A DNA stretch of 64,000 nucleotides from Eledone cirrhosa (GCA_964016885.1 OZ024743.1:162440001-162504000); one strand, 5' to 3'; counted from the stretch's first letter, positions 12,538 to 25,478 are shown. Notes: generated by a model from the sequence alone, not told the origin. Numbers and translations are program-made.

Positions 12538-13361
12538 ATGCCAACATAAGAGCAAGAATGAAGTGTTCATTCTCCTGACATGGCTATAAAATTGAGGCTT
12601 GTTTGCAAAATTGCAAACGAATCGAATGTTATTATTAATATTCGAAAAACTCAGATTACAGTTATTGTATTCAACCATGTAGAGCGAAATTTTCTTTTTT
12701 ATTTGTATTTGGCAAAGCCGGCTATTTATCGCTCGTATACAGGAAACTGGCTGGCCAGTTTTCTGATATGCAAATCTGGCTGAGATTGGTGCCGTATTTC
12801 GCTGAGTCAACCTTTCAGATACAGATTGTAAAACAATGAATGAAACGTAAAATAACTTGCCTTTGTTATCATTGTTAAACAGACTAGCAGAAAAAACACC
12901 CTCGGGTGGTTTCCTGCTAGCATGTGTAGTGTGTATATTGATATTATACGCAAGTGTATATACATGTAGATATGATACGTCAACTAAATCGTAATTGACA
13001 ATATACAGAGAAATTGAACGGAGACTGTGTTATACTGTCTTATGTAATCAGTAACGTAATCCATGATACATTAAAAAAAGACGATATTATATATAAACTG
13101 CATTAGGAGAAAATTATTGACAGAAAATTAATATGTTTATTTAAGCGATCGCCACCGAAAGTGTTGACATTTGAAAATTTCAAATAACTGAACCATGAAA
13201 TAAATAATAAAATATATTTAATGAACAGCCACGAAATTTAGTAGATGAATTATGTAATATTTATTCATTATTTATTCAAAGTAATTCAATTTATTTTACA
13301 AACGGGATAAAAAAAATAAACCGTATGCATTCCCGCAGACCTTCCTTTATTATAGTTTAGA

Positions 13362-13540
<179 letters not shown>

Positions 13541-13556
13541 ATATATATATATATAT

Positions 13557-13992
13557 AAATTTTGAGTATATGTAGGTTGTTTACCGACACCTCAGTGTGC
13601 AGATTGGAGCACTCGACGAAGTGCGCGGGTTGGTTTGGTTACTCCGGAGTAATGTAAAATAAAATAAGTCAAATATTTAAAATTTGGCTTCGTTTATTAA
13701 AGGTGTACTGCTATATATATTTCGGTGACAGCTATCCTTAGCTGTGACCTCTTCAGACAGTCCGAATTGGTGTGGTAGAGACAGGTACACATGTTGTTGA
13801 GGTGTTTAACAACCCAACCAGGAACTGGGCATATCGGAGTATTGACGGAGTTAAACACCTCAACAACATGTGTACCTGTCTCTACCACACCAATTCGGAC
13901 AATTCCAGCCAAGGATGGTTGTCACCAAAATATATATAGCAGTACACCTTTAATAAACGAAGCCAAATTTTAAATATTTGACTTAATTATTT

Positions 13993-14000
<8 letters not shown>
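13557..14000 (-). mobile_element. Fold-back PLE-type mini-element (arms ~13656-13810/13850-14000, tail on left)
   Basis: Inverted arms read directly; (TA)n at both ends; HHR in the left arm, while the right arm lacks the CTGAAGA box. Confidence 0.8.
13707..13761 (-). ncRNA. Type I hammerhead ribozyme
   Basis: ACTGT-CTGAAGA-GGTCACAGCT-aaggat-AGCTGTCACC-GAAAT-ATAT-ATA-GCAGT. Confidence 0.8.
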
Positions 14001-14034
<34 letters not shown>

Positions 14035-14144
14035 TTATTTATTAAAATAACAGATTAATATTTGCTCTACGGTTCTTATATATTTGATATATATTTATCC
14101 TTATCGAGCCCTCTTTAGATTTTAATCTTCAAATTTATTATTAT

Positions 14145-14180
<36 letters not shown>

Positions 14181-14240
14181 CTCATTGTTTATATATATAT
14201 AACCATATAACTCATTGTTTATATAACCATATAACTCATT

Positions 14241-14310
<70 letters not shown>

Positions 14311-14444
14311 AATGAGTTCTATGGTTTGTTGATTATTCAACAAAGTTAATTTTACAACAGATTAGAAGCACTCTACAGTTTATCTGGAGTATCATTAATA
14401 TTAACAATATTAATAAATGGAAAATATCTTTACAAAACCATATT

Positions 14445-14505
14445 TATTTTATTATACGTATTTCAGGGGCACTAAAATTTTAGTACGCTTTCGTCAGATA
14501 AAATA
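14445..14505 (-). ncRNA. Type I hammerhead ribozyme motif (the partner at 18441-18502 has GAAA mutated to AAAA)
   Basis: TATTTTAT-CTGACGA-...GTACTAAA/TTTAGTGC...-GAAAT-ACGT-ATA-ATAAAATA; palindromic ATACGTAT. Confidence 0.75.
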
Positions 14506-15221
14506 TAATATCTGCTGTTAAGATAGTGACATACCTTCATGTGGTCTTAATGGTAAAGGCCCACTAAAGGCAGTGATGCGAAAATTCTAAATCTCAAGGA
14601 TATATGTTAATGAGGATACGTTAAAACAGAAAAGAGCCGTTAAATTTAGACACTTGATAAATTTTGAAAAAAAAACCCTGGTTATACTGTTTATGTGGTT
14701 GTCATTATAGGGTGAAAAGTTAATGTAGACTTAGTGTAGAATTAATTATAGATATATACTCACATAGATATGCGTTTGGAAGGAATCACATAATTATACG
14801 TATTTATTTTTAAATATATATTTTAAGAATATAAATGTATTTATAATGTTTACATGAGAAATGTAATGTATTTTAGTATATTATAAACTATTATTGTATA
14901 TGGTTAATTAAAGTAATTATAATAATTTAATACTTCTGTGGTTATGTGATTGAATATACATCGTATTTACACATATATACATAGATTTATATATAAGCGT
15001 ATTTATTTTTTAGCATATATTTTAAGACTATGAATGTAATTATAATGTTTACATGAGAAATGTAATGTATTGTGATATATTATAAGCTATTACTGTATAT
15101 GGTTAATTAAAATAATAAATAATTATTCAGTACATAAGTGATTGTGCGTCAATATACATCGTACTTATGTATATATATACATTGATTTATAAATGAGCGA
15201 AAGAGAGATCATGTACCTATA

Positions 15222-17540
15222 GTGCTTTCCACTTCGAAAAGAAATCAAGTGCTGAAAAGACCAGTTCTAAATATAACTTCGATCTTATATTTAAATCCAG
15301 GAAGAATCCATCATTCAATAAACTCTTAGCTGAGTTCGAAAATGAACTAATAAGTATAATACAGGGTATTAAATTTTTTTTTTAAACTCTTACAGAGGCC
15401 AGGAATACCTTAAAGGCCTCAAAAATAAAATTGATAATTTGAAGAAAACAACGAAGATCCTCGTTAAATCTGATAAAACTAATAATCTATATGGAATTGA
15501 AAAAGAAGAATACAATAATTTAATACTGATAGAACTTAGACAAAAATTATTTAAAATACCTGTAAAGAAGATCTATCAACCTTAAACAAAGAAGCTTTTG
15601 AAATCATCTCCAAATTAGGAATTGAGCGTAGGACAGAACCCTTCATACCAAGGCAACCGAAAATGAATATGAAAGACCATAAACGAAATTTTGAAGCAGA
15701 CCTACCAGTCAGAATTTTAGCACCCTCTAAATCCGATCTAGGAATTATTAGTAAAAATATACTTGATAGAATTATACCAATACTCAAACAAAAATCAGGT
15801 CTCAAGCTTTGAAACGGTACAACTGAAGTAATAGACTGGTTTGTAAACATTAAATCTAAAAATAATACTAAATTTATACAAATGGATATAGCTAATTATT
15901 ATTCTTCCATAACTCCTAATTTACTTAATAAAGCACTAATATACTCATCCAAGCATACTGACTTATCTAGCGATGTAATAAACATTATATTAGCTGCAAG
16001 AAAAACCCTTATAGAGTTTAACAACGATCTCTGGACTAGAGCTGATAGACCGAAGAATTTTGATATTACTATGGGTTCTTCGGACTCAGCTCAAGTTACA
16101 GACCTCTTTGGCATCTTCATTTTTAACTCTATACATAGGGAATTGCCGGAAATTGCCGGAGGTTTGTATCGTGACGATGCATTATTCGTAGTAGATAAGC
16201 ATAACAATAGTGAACTTGACAGAAAAAAATAGAGTTCTTTAATAATTACGACCTTAAGTTAGAAATGGAAAACAATAATAAAATAGTTAATTTCTTAGAT
16301 GTTACATTAAACCTTAATTCAGGCCTATATTACCCATTCCATAAGATTAATGAAAACCTAAATTATGTTAGCTTCTACTCAAACCACCCTAGAAACGTTA
16401 AGAAAACTATAGTCAATAGTGTCCAGCAAAGAATCTCTAGACTCTCAGCTAATACAAATATATTTGATAACAAAGCAGAATATTACGCTCTACACAGAGC
16501 TGGATACACTAATAAAATTAATTACATAGATAGGAATAGTAAAAATCAACCTGCTAAAGTTTATTATGATAATAATGAATATAAACCACTTAACCAAAAT
16601 AATAAATCAAATAGGAAAGCCAGATCTAGATAATTTGGTATACACCTCCAGTATCCTTAAGAATTAAGACACCGTTAGCACACCAATTCTTTAAAGCTCT
16701 AGATAAATGTTTTCCTAAGTCCCACAAGTAGCACTCCATTTTAACAGACATACAGTCTGAATGTAGCCCAGAATATAGCAAGAATCAAGGAATCTAAAAT
16801 TAAACCAAACTGAAGTAAACTCAAATAATAATAACAATATAATTAATAGCATTAGGAATAATAATTGTTTCTACTTTAGGGACAAGGCCAGCAATTACCC
16901 AGTGTATTACTGGTACTTTATTTTATCGACCCCGTAAGGATGAAAGGCAAAGTCAACCTCGGCGGGATTTGAACTCAGATCGTAAAGGGACGTAACTATG
17001 CTGGAAAGCATGGCGCCCGACCCTCCACCGATACTGCCAATCCACTGCCATTAGGAATAATAATGATAGCGTGTACATGAATAATAATACGGTTTCTTCA
17101 AGTAACAATATAAGAAAATGTAATTGCAGGAATAATATCTACGCAATAAATGCCTAGATAGAAATTTAGTATATAAATGCACCATTAAAACTAAGGATAA
17201 GCTGTATAACTATATAGGAGCAACTTCATCAAAATTTAAGGAACGTTTGTATAATCACAAACATACTTTTAAACGATCGGATAAAAACTTCTCAACTTCA
17301 CTGTCACAACTAATTTGGTCTTTAAAAGACAATAACACTGATTATTTAATCTCTTGGAGAAAAATTACGAACACTCCAGTATACCAAAATTCGTCATTCT
17401 CACGAATTTGTCAACTTTGTACCGAAGAAATCTTTCATATAATTACCAATCCTGGTAATATTATTAACAACAAAAAGGAAATATTTAATTCTTGTTTGCA
17501 TCGTTTCTCCAAGACATTTTACAATGTTTATAATTTATAG
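15222..17540 (+). pseudogene. PLE RT/GIY-YIG pseudogene (frameshifted, SINE-interrupted)
   Basis: LVKSDKTNNLY, KDHKRNF..PVRILAPSKSDLG, MDIANYYSSI, TMGSSDSAQ, GLYRDD, VNFLDVTL, LVY..YIGATS, CQLCTEE, SCLHR. Confidence 0.9.
16866..17049 (-). mobile_element. tRNA-derived SINE, full length with 15-bp TSD
   Basis: A-box-like ggcagtatcggt, B-box gagttcaaatcc, core ctttgcctttcatcc..ggggtcgataaa; TSD attaggaataataat at 16851-16865/17050-17064. Confidence 0.9.
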
Positions 17541-18915
17541 AACCTACTATATAAGTTGCCTATTTACAATATAAAGACAAATACTTATAAACCTAATACA
17601 AAAAAGCATTTCTTATACAAAGTAAAAAACTATTAGCAAAACCATATTTAGTATATGGTGCTCTGAAATCTTATATAAATTATTTACTTATAATATAAAT
17701 AATAATTAATAATTATGGTAAACATTAGATTGAACAATATATTATTAAATGCTTATCGAAACTTAAATGCTTACCGTAACGCATTACTTAAAATACTTAA
17801 TTTAGAGTTATTTCCCCATAGTTTGTTTACATAGTTATAATTCATATATACGATATATATGAACTTACATTACTGTTTAAATATTATATTACTAACCATA
17901 TACAATAATTGATTATATTACAATACTTTAGTTTCACATTCTTAAAATATATGTAAAAAATACATATCTATAGGTACATGATCTCTCTTACGCTCATTTA
18001 TAAATCTATGTATATATATACATAAATACGATGTACATTCACGCACAATCACTTATGTATTGAATAATTATTTATTATTTTAATTTCTCATGTAAACATT
18101 ATAAATACATTCATATTCTTAAAATATATATTTAAAAATAAATACGTATAATTATGTGATTCCTTCCAAACGCATATCTATGTGAGTATATATCTATAAT
18201 TAATTCTACACTAAGTCTACATTAACTTTTCACCCTATAATGACAACCACATAAACAGTATAAACAAGGGTTTCTTTTTTCAAAATTTATCAAGTGTCTA
18301 AATTTAACGGCTCTTTTCTGTTTTAACGTATCCTCATTAACATATATCCTTGAGATTTAGAATTTTCGCATCACTGCCTTTAGTGGGCCTTTACCATTAA
18401 GACCACATGAAGGTATGTCACTATCTTAACACCAAATATTATATTTTATCTGACGAAAGCGTACTAAAATGTTAGTGCCCTTAAAATACGTATAATAAAA
18501 TAAATAAGGTTTTGTAAAGATATTTTCCATTTATTAATATTGTTTATATATATACACTACTATTTTATAGTTAATATTAAAATTATAGAAGCTTTTCACA
18601 ATAAAAGTAAATATTTCTTCGCAAACTTTTCGGTTTATATCTAATCAACTGTTAAGACTTTTAATTAGGCATGAAAATTTGACCAGACTGCTTTACTGTA
18701 ACGACTATCACAACCACCCAGCATACGGTAGGTGCATGCTTCGATTCCTGCAAGTGTCTCTGTCTCCCTTTTGTCGTCTCCAACAGTTATTTACTCGGTT
18801 ATTTTATAGGGAATATATGAATTGTGGCAGCTTTTCATATTAAAAGGAAATAATTTATATTTCAAACATACCCAAATTCTTAGAAACTTTATTGGTTTTT
18901 ATAATTGTATATATA

Positions 18916-19797
18916 CTAGCTTAGTAGCCCGTCGTTGACGGGCAATAATCACAATAGTATGCCTTTATTTCAATTTTGTTTTTATTCCATGTCAAACCAT
19001 TCCCTCCTGAATGATGGTTTCCTTGATGAGGACATCTAACATAAAGCTGACCATGGATGAAGCAGGACTCTTCATGGTGTAAACCGGCAGTTGAAAATGT
19101 TTGTCTTTGTGATTTGTTGGCGGTCATGGCAAAATTGAAGTTGTTTGAATTGAAATGGGACATCAGTGGGGATAAGAGGAATTCTTAGAACGAACACATC
19201 CTCTCTCCTACCACATCCTATTGAAATGGTTGTTCAAATCACGTGTGAATACATATTTAATACTACAACTACTACTACTACTACCATTACTACTACCACC
19301 ACCACTACCACTACTACTCCTACCACCAATATCACTACTGCTACCACCATTACTACAACTACCACCACCATCGTTACCACTACCACCATCACCTCTACCA
19401 CCACTACCAACACCACTACCAACACCACTACCACCACCACCACCACCACCACCACTACCACAACCACTACCACCACCACCACCACTACCATCAGTACCCC
19501 CACTACTACCACTACCATCACCACCACAGAAGATATAGAAAGAGAGTGAGAGGATGTGTTAAAGATATATATACAGAGGGGAAAAGCGTAAAATACAGAG
19601 AGATATATAGAGAGAAGTATTGTGACAGTTGTGGATTGTAATGATATTCTATATTGTCGATATAAGTCGATTTATTTCGTAACATGTTTTTAATAAACGT
19701 TTCGGCAGCATGCACATACATATATATTTCCAATTGCAATACATAACAAATATATATTCTCTCCTATGGTATTGAGCACGTGGTTTTAAACCCTAGC

Positions 19798-19800
<3 letters not shown>
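18916..19800 (-). mobile_element. Non-autonomous Helitron with helicase C-terminal remnant and internal (ACC/ACT)n tract
   Basis: FAMTANKSQRQT...CFIHGQLYV; 3' hairpin GCCCGTC-aac-GACGGGC then CTAG at 18916-18919; 5' boundary approximate. Confidence 0.7.
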
Positions 19801-19826
<26 letters not shown>

Positions 19827-19835
<9 letters not shown>

Positions 19836-20473
19836 GTGGTAAAATAAGAAAATTATAAAAATTAACTTACTTACTAAAATTAGTTTCTGAAAGGGAATAA
19901 ACATGGTTTCCGAATGGAACGCATGGAGAAGGCCTTTCGTCATCAGGGAAGTCTATTCTCAGCTAAGTTCCCAGGCAATGCGTGGACACAGGGAACTCAT
20001 ACAAAAATAATTCAGTGGATGGGAAAAAGCAAGCGAGGACTAAGTTCCAAGACATTGAAAAAATCACTGCCTACTTGGTCGGTGGCAAATTCAAAAGAAT
20101 CAATCACGTGACATCGAGGTTAATCAGTGAGGAGTGGGGTGTAAGAAGACTGTAGCCGAACTATTACTATGAACTATAGTAGCAGTTTTGGCAAATTTTT
20201 GCTCAACAAAATAATTTGGAGATAATTATAAAGAATTAGTATATCTACCGACATATATATACAGATGCATACCTATGCTAGCAAATATATAGGTTTTGTC
20301 TTAGTAACTTTGTGGTTCAATGCAAGGGGATGCAGAACAATTATATGAAAGACGTAAAATAAGAAAATTATAAAAATTAACTTACTTACTAAAATTTCAC
20401 TCCAACTAATTAGTTAGTAGTTCGGCCACTGTCTTCTTTACACCCCACTCCTCACTGATTAACCTCGATGTCA
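19827..20473 (-). mobile_element. Rearranged PLE-type terminus (degenerate HHR, duplicated end, internal inversion)
   Basis: CTGATGA (19946-19940)...GAAAC (19910-19906); 19827-19881 duplicated at 20342-20396; 20109-20170 inverted at 20414-20473. Confidence 0.55.
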
Positions 20474-20657
20474 TACAAAAGTGAGTTACAAACGAAACAA
20501 AATTTAATTTCGTTTCGTTATTTGTTTTTATCGTCTCCGTTGAACCGGTACGTACTCACACTCTATGCAAATTAGTCTGCCCACTACTAATTTTCATAGA
20601 AAAAGCATATAACGATATGTGCTTTTACGATTCTCCAGAAAGGCCGGTAGATAGGTA

Positions 20658-20702
20658 AATATTGCTGATGAGTTGTAACAACAACGAAACTAGTTCAATA
20701 TT
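20658..20702 (+). ncRNA. Minimal type I hammerhead ribozyme
   Basis: AATATTG-CTGATGA-GTTG-taacaa-CAAC-GAAAC-TA-GTT-CAATATT; palindromic AACTAGTT; stem I can extend through aggccgg/ctggctt. Confidence 0.85.
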
Positions 20703-20920
20703 CCTTGTCTGGCTTTCTGGAGAATAGAGGAAAGGTGTTTCCTCAAAAACCAGTATGACTCTAAAAACCGGTTTGTCTGTGTGTTTACATACAGAATAGC
20801 TGGACACTCACGGTAAAGTGACCAGTGAAAAACTTGGTACATCTACATATGTATACGTGTGTGTATTCATATGCATACTAGTATTTCAGTATACATATGT
20901 GGATGTACATTTTTAACTTA

Positions 20921-20985
<65 letters not shown>

Positions 20986-20988
<3 letters not shown>

Positions 20989-21479
20989 TAAATCTACCAC
21001 TCAATCGTAGGATCTAAACCGTATAAAGAACTCAATGTAATCCGTATGTAGAAGATGTCGTGAAGCAAAGTTTAAAATACAAACATTTTTTTATCAACGA
21101 TATAATTCAATTGGATACAGAGTCAAAATAGAAATATTAAAACAATGAAATTAAACACAAAACTGTTAATTCATAGTTAAACACATTATTTTACGATCGT
21201 TTCTGCGGGGTAATCGTCTGCATGTTCATTTAATTATTGATCTATGTAAAAAAACAAATTATTAATTATTGATCTATGTAAACAAAACTCATTATTTCTG
21301 AAGACGGCGTGTAGTGAAGACGTATGTATTCTTTTCTCCCTATGATATTTTGTAATATTTTTTACATAGATCAATAATTAAATGAACATGCAGACGACTA
21401 CCCCCCAGAAACGATCGTAAAATAATGTGTTTTACTATGAATTAACAGTTTTGTGTTTAATTTCATTGTTTTAATATTA
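20986..21479 (-). mobile_element. Fold-back element (arms 21133-21253/21358-21478, tail on left) with variant HHR-like core
   Basis: Inverted arms read directly; CAGACGA...GAAAC-GATC-GTA in both arms; flanked by (TA)n and (TC)n(TA)n(GA)n. Confidence 0.65.
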
Positions 21480-21600
<121 letters not shown>

Positions 21601-21918
21601 TTGTCGAAGCCCTAGGTGATTTGAAATTTGGAAATGTGGGAATCCCAAATACAGAAAAAAAAACTTTAACAGCAAACAATCGTTATAAATAATTGCTTGT
21701 AAAATCATGTAATATAGCCCCATAGTCGAAAAGAAGTAGCCAGCAGCTGCTACGGAGAATCGAACTCCGTATCCTTTGAATATCGTATTCGAGGTATAAG
21801 GAGTTCAATTCTCCGTACCTTGTTTTATTATCTTTTTTGCAAGCTATTATTTATAGCGATTGACTGTTGTTACAGTTGTTTTCAGCATTCCGTTTTCCCA
21901 CATTTTCACATATCTGTC

Positions 21919-21924
<6 letters not shown>

Positions 21925-21976
<52 letters not shown>

Positions 21977-21984
21977 TGCGTGTG

Positions 21985-22052
<68 letters not shown>

Positions 22053-22053
22053 T
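21925..22053. repeat. (TG)n/(TGCG)n microsatellite
   Basis: Direct reading. Confidence 0.95.
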
Positions 22054-22741
22054 GTTCAGATAAGTAGGTAGAGCAAACGTTTCTTTTTAATATAAGAGGT
22101 GAAAATGAAAACAAAAGAGGTGACTATTAGACGAAAACTAAATATCATGTTGATGAAATTCCTCCCTACAAATTACAAATGGTTCCAACATCGTATATAT
22201 AGTAATAGCTGGAGAACAAATGATTACTATATTGACTGGGGGTGGGGTATTTTTTGTTTTGTTTTTTAGCGTTGCCGCTGATATATTTCACGAACATCTA
22301 CAATCTTCATGCAATTTTGAAATCGATTTAATTACGTGATTATACAACCATGTTATTTCATCTTCCGACCACATTTTCTCTTGATTTAATCAAATTAGCA
22401 GAAGTATTTGCACATATTCTGGACACAATTCGAAATTCAAATCAATATAATACTGATATATTAATGTGTGTGTGTGTCCCTGTATATGAGTGGGCGTGCG
22501 TTTGTGTGCATAAATGCGCTAGCAGCCAAAGTAATAACACACACACACACACACATGCTTACACACGTGCACAAGTAGAGCTCTTTTTACAAAACGGTTT
22601 TTTTTTCCATTTCAGGTAGACGCGCGCCATCATCCACTTTTCTAAAAAACAAATCATACACAAAACGCCAGCACCAACAGTTTTGCAAGAGATGTCAACA
22701 TGAATGGACCTGTTATTTTTACCTAAAGACATTTTTTCCAA

Positions 22742-22900
22742 TTCCATCCCGTCCGTCCCCTCAATCTATTTTATTTCTCATTCTTTCTTCTGATGAAGGA
22801 CTAGCGTCCAAAACGTTAAGACCTGCTATATCAAGCGTTAACCTAATATATACCTTCCATATACTGTACCGATTATCTTATTATTTCTGTTTACCTTTTA
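22742..22900 (+). mobile_element. Family-B PLE 3' terminus with mutated HHR
   Basis: CTGATGA-A-GGAC/GTCC-AAAACGTT (G12 lost); homologous to 8072-8238. Confidence 0.75.
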
Positions 22901-23139
22901 CATACATATATATATATACCCATTCGTTCTGAAATGGTGATACTAATTAGCATATAATTAGCACTCATGTTGGTAATTAATTAAAATATGTTGTAGCCGA
23001 AGTGTATGATAAAGTTATATTTGTATAAATACAGTGTGTAACCAAGACCCAGCGTATATAGATATATATACATATTTAATTTGTAGGCATGTAAACAAGA
23101 CAGATAATACGAATTTTCCTATAGATTGAAAAAAATTAT

Positions 23140-23192
23140 AAACATCTTTCATCGACTTTCGGAATTTATTGAACCCTCATCAGAAGGCATGT
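23140..23192 (-). ncRNA. Degenerate hammerhead-like motif
   Basis: CTGATGA (23183-23177), GG/CC stem, GAAA; weak stems I and III; lies between TA-rich tracts. Confidence 0.4.
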
Positions 23193-23246
23193 ATGTCGTC
23201 TAATGAATCATAAGGAAACGTGTTATATATATATATATATATATAT

Positions 23247-23621
<375 letters not shown>

Positions 23622-23817
23622 ATATATATATATGTGTGTGATATAGAGATTAGAGCAAACATCTCAAAATTATTTTTGAAAAGCATTAGAAATGCGCAAC
23701 CGGTAAAATCTTAAAACTAAAACTGAATAACCAATACTTATTACTAATTTATACTTATTCCTGATTAAACTATTTTTCACTGGGAAAAAATTTGTCAGCA
23801 TTTTCTTTTCCTTTTTA

Positions 23818-23852
<35 letters not shown>

Positions 23853-23857
<5 letters not shown>

Positions 23858-24045
23858 AGAAAGTATGACCCCGACGGCAGAGCTCAAGCCGTTTCGACGG
23901 CTATTTCTGTCCAGAAATAGGCGTCGAAACGGCTTGAGCTCTGCTGTCGGGGTCATACTTTCTCCTATTACCCACTCTACTACCCTAAGTATTGAGTACT
24001 CTGGTGCGTTATGGTCCATCAGGTTCCTTACCACAACTCCTTTGT

Positions 24046-24046
<1 letters not shown>
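23853..24046 (+). mobile_element. Fold-back mini-element family A, copy 3
   Basis: Arms spanning 23853-23968 with a near-zero loop, same tail, (TA)n on both sides. Confidence 0.8.
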
Positions 24047-24076
<30 letters not shown>

Positions 24077-24361
24077 TCAAAATAAACTTATATATATATA
24101 CACGTATATATATATGCGTGCATAGACAGAGAAACACACATACACAAATACATACATACACATAGACACATACACACACATACAAGCATACATACATACA
24201 TACATACATACATACATACATACATACATACATACATACATACATACATACATACATACATACATGGTTTATCCCCTCTATGTATGTATGTATGTATGTA
24301 TGTATGTTTTCTCTTTCTAAGAGAAAGAGAAAACATACATACATACATACATACATACATA

Positions 24362-25165
24362 GAGGGGATAAACCACTCAAAAAGCCTGGCATGGAGTTCC
24401 GACAAGTTTATGACATCACACCTTGAGGGATATCTCTATGCAATACAGGAACAAGAACTCCCTACCAAATATCTTCTGCACCAAAGAGGAGGGCCATCAG
24501 CTGATAATAAATGTAGGCTATGTAAAACAAAGATCGAGGATGTAAGCCACATTGTTGCCAGCTGCGAAAGAATGTCATCTCGCTACTACCTCCCCATAAG
24601 ACACGATGTGATAGCTAGAACCATCTGGAACGCACTTCGAAAAACAAAATTAACAACAAACGAGGAAGAATATATTGAGACAGATGGCACTAAGGAATAC
24701 TGGTGGAACCTGAAAATAAAAACTGCCACCAAATTAAAGCACAACCGGCCTGATATTGTAGTTTGGGACCACACATTGAAAACGTGTTCTGTTGTGGAGA
24801 TCAGCTGCCCACTTGATGTAAACGTTGTCAGAAAAATACAGCAGAAGGAGGACATCTACGGACCATTGATGAGGAGTTTACAAATCCAGTATCCAAGATA
24901 CACCTTTAGCTTCATACCCATCATTATTGGAGCTACAGGTTATATACCAACCCACTTGGACCAAAGTATGACTGAACTTGGATTTGCGGACAAAGAGCGC
25001 GGCTCCCTAATTCATAGTCTACAAATGGCTGCGATAGCTGGCACCTTCAAAATTTGCAAAACATTCTTGCGATTCAAGGGATGACAATTTCTTTTCTTTT
25101 ACAACCTTGCTACCAGGAAGGTGGCCGGTCAAAAAATATACTCAAAATTAAGAGAAAGAGATAAC
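24362..25165 (+). mobile_element. 5'-truncated R4/Dong-like (RLE) LINE inserted in (CATA)n
   Basis: Open frame to 25084: AIQEQEL, CRLC..EDVSHIVASC zinc knuckle, RHD, RPDIVVWD...VEISCP...K...Y restriction-like endonuclease; short 3' UTR then (CATA)n. Confidence 0.9.
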
Positions 25166-25290
25166 ATACATACATACATACATACATACATACATACATA
25201 CATACATACATACACACACACATAAATATGATGGCTGCCCCCTCGTTATCGAGTATGGCCATTGCATGATATAACATTATTAATAATTAA

Positions 25291-25478
25291 GGGCGGTGGA
25301 TTGGCAGTATTGGTAGAGGGTCGGACGCCATGCTTTGACGCATAGAGTTACGGCCCTTGCCATTCTGAGTTCAAATCCAGCCGAAGTTAACTTTGCCTTT
25401 CATCCTTATGGGGTCGATAAAATAAAGTACCAGTAATACACTGGGTAATTGCTGGCCTTGTGCCAAAAGTAGAAACAA
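25291..25478 (+). mobile_element. tRNA-derived SINE, full length with TSD
   Basis: Same family as 16866; TSD attattaataatta. Confidence 0.9.

Larger units (their letters stand above)
12055..12783. mobile_element. Fold-back element with ~235-bp arms, each carrying an intact HHR
   Basis: 12055-12288 is the reverse complement of 12466-12700; second inverted pair 12408-12470/12721-12783; left end abuts (TA)n. Confidence 0.8.
14306..18546 (+). mobile_element. Penelope-like element with inverted terminal repeat (inverted pLTR) in (TA)n
   Basis: ~14400-15222 is the reverse complement of 17968-18546; the RT/GIY-YIG pseudogene lies between them; paralogous to 8518-11992. Confidence 0.9.
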
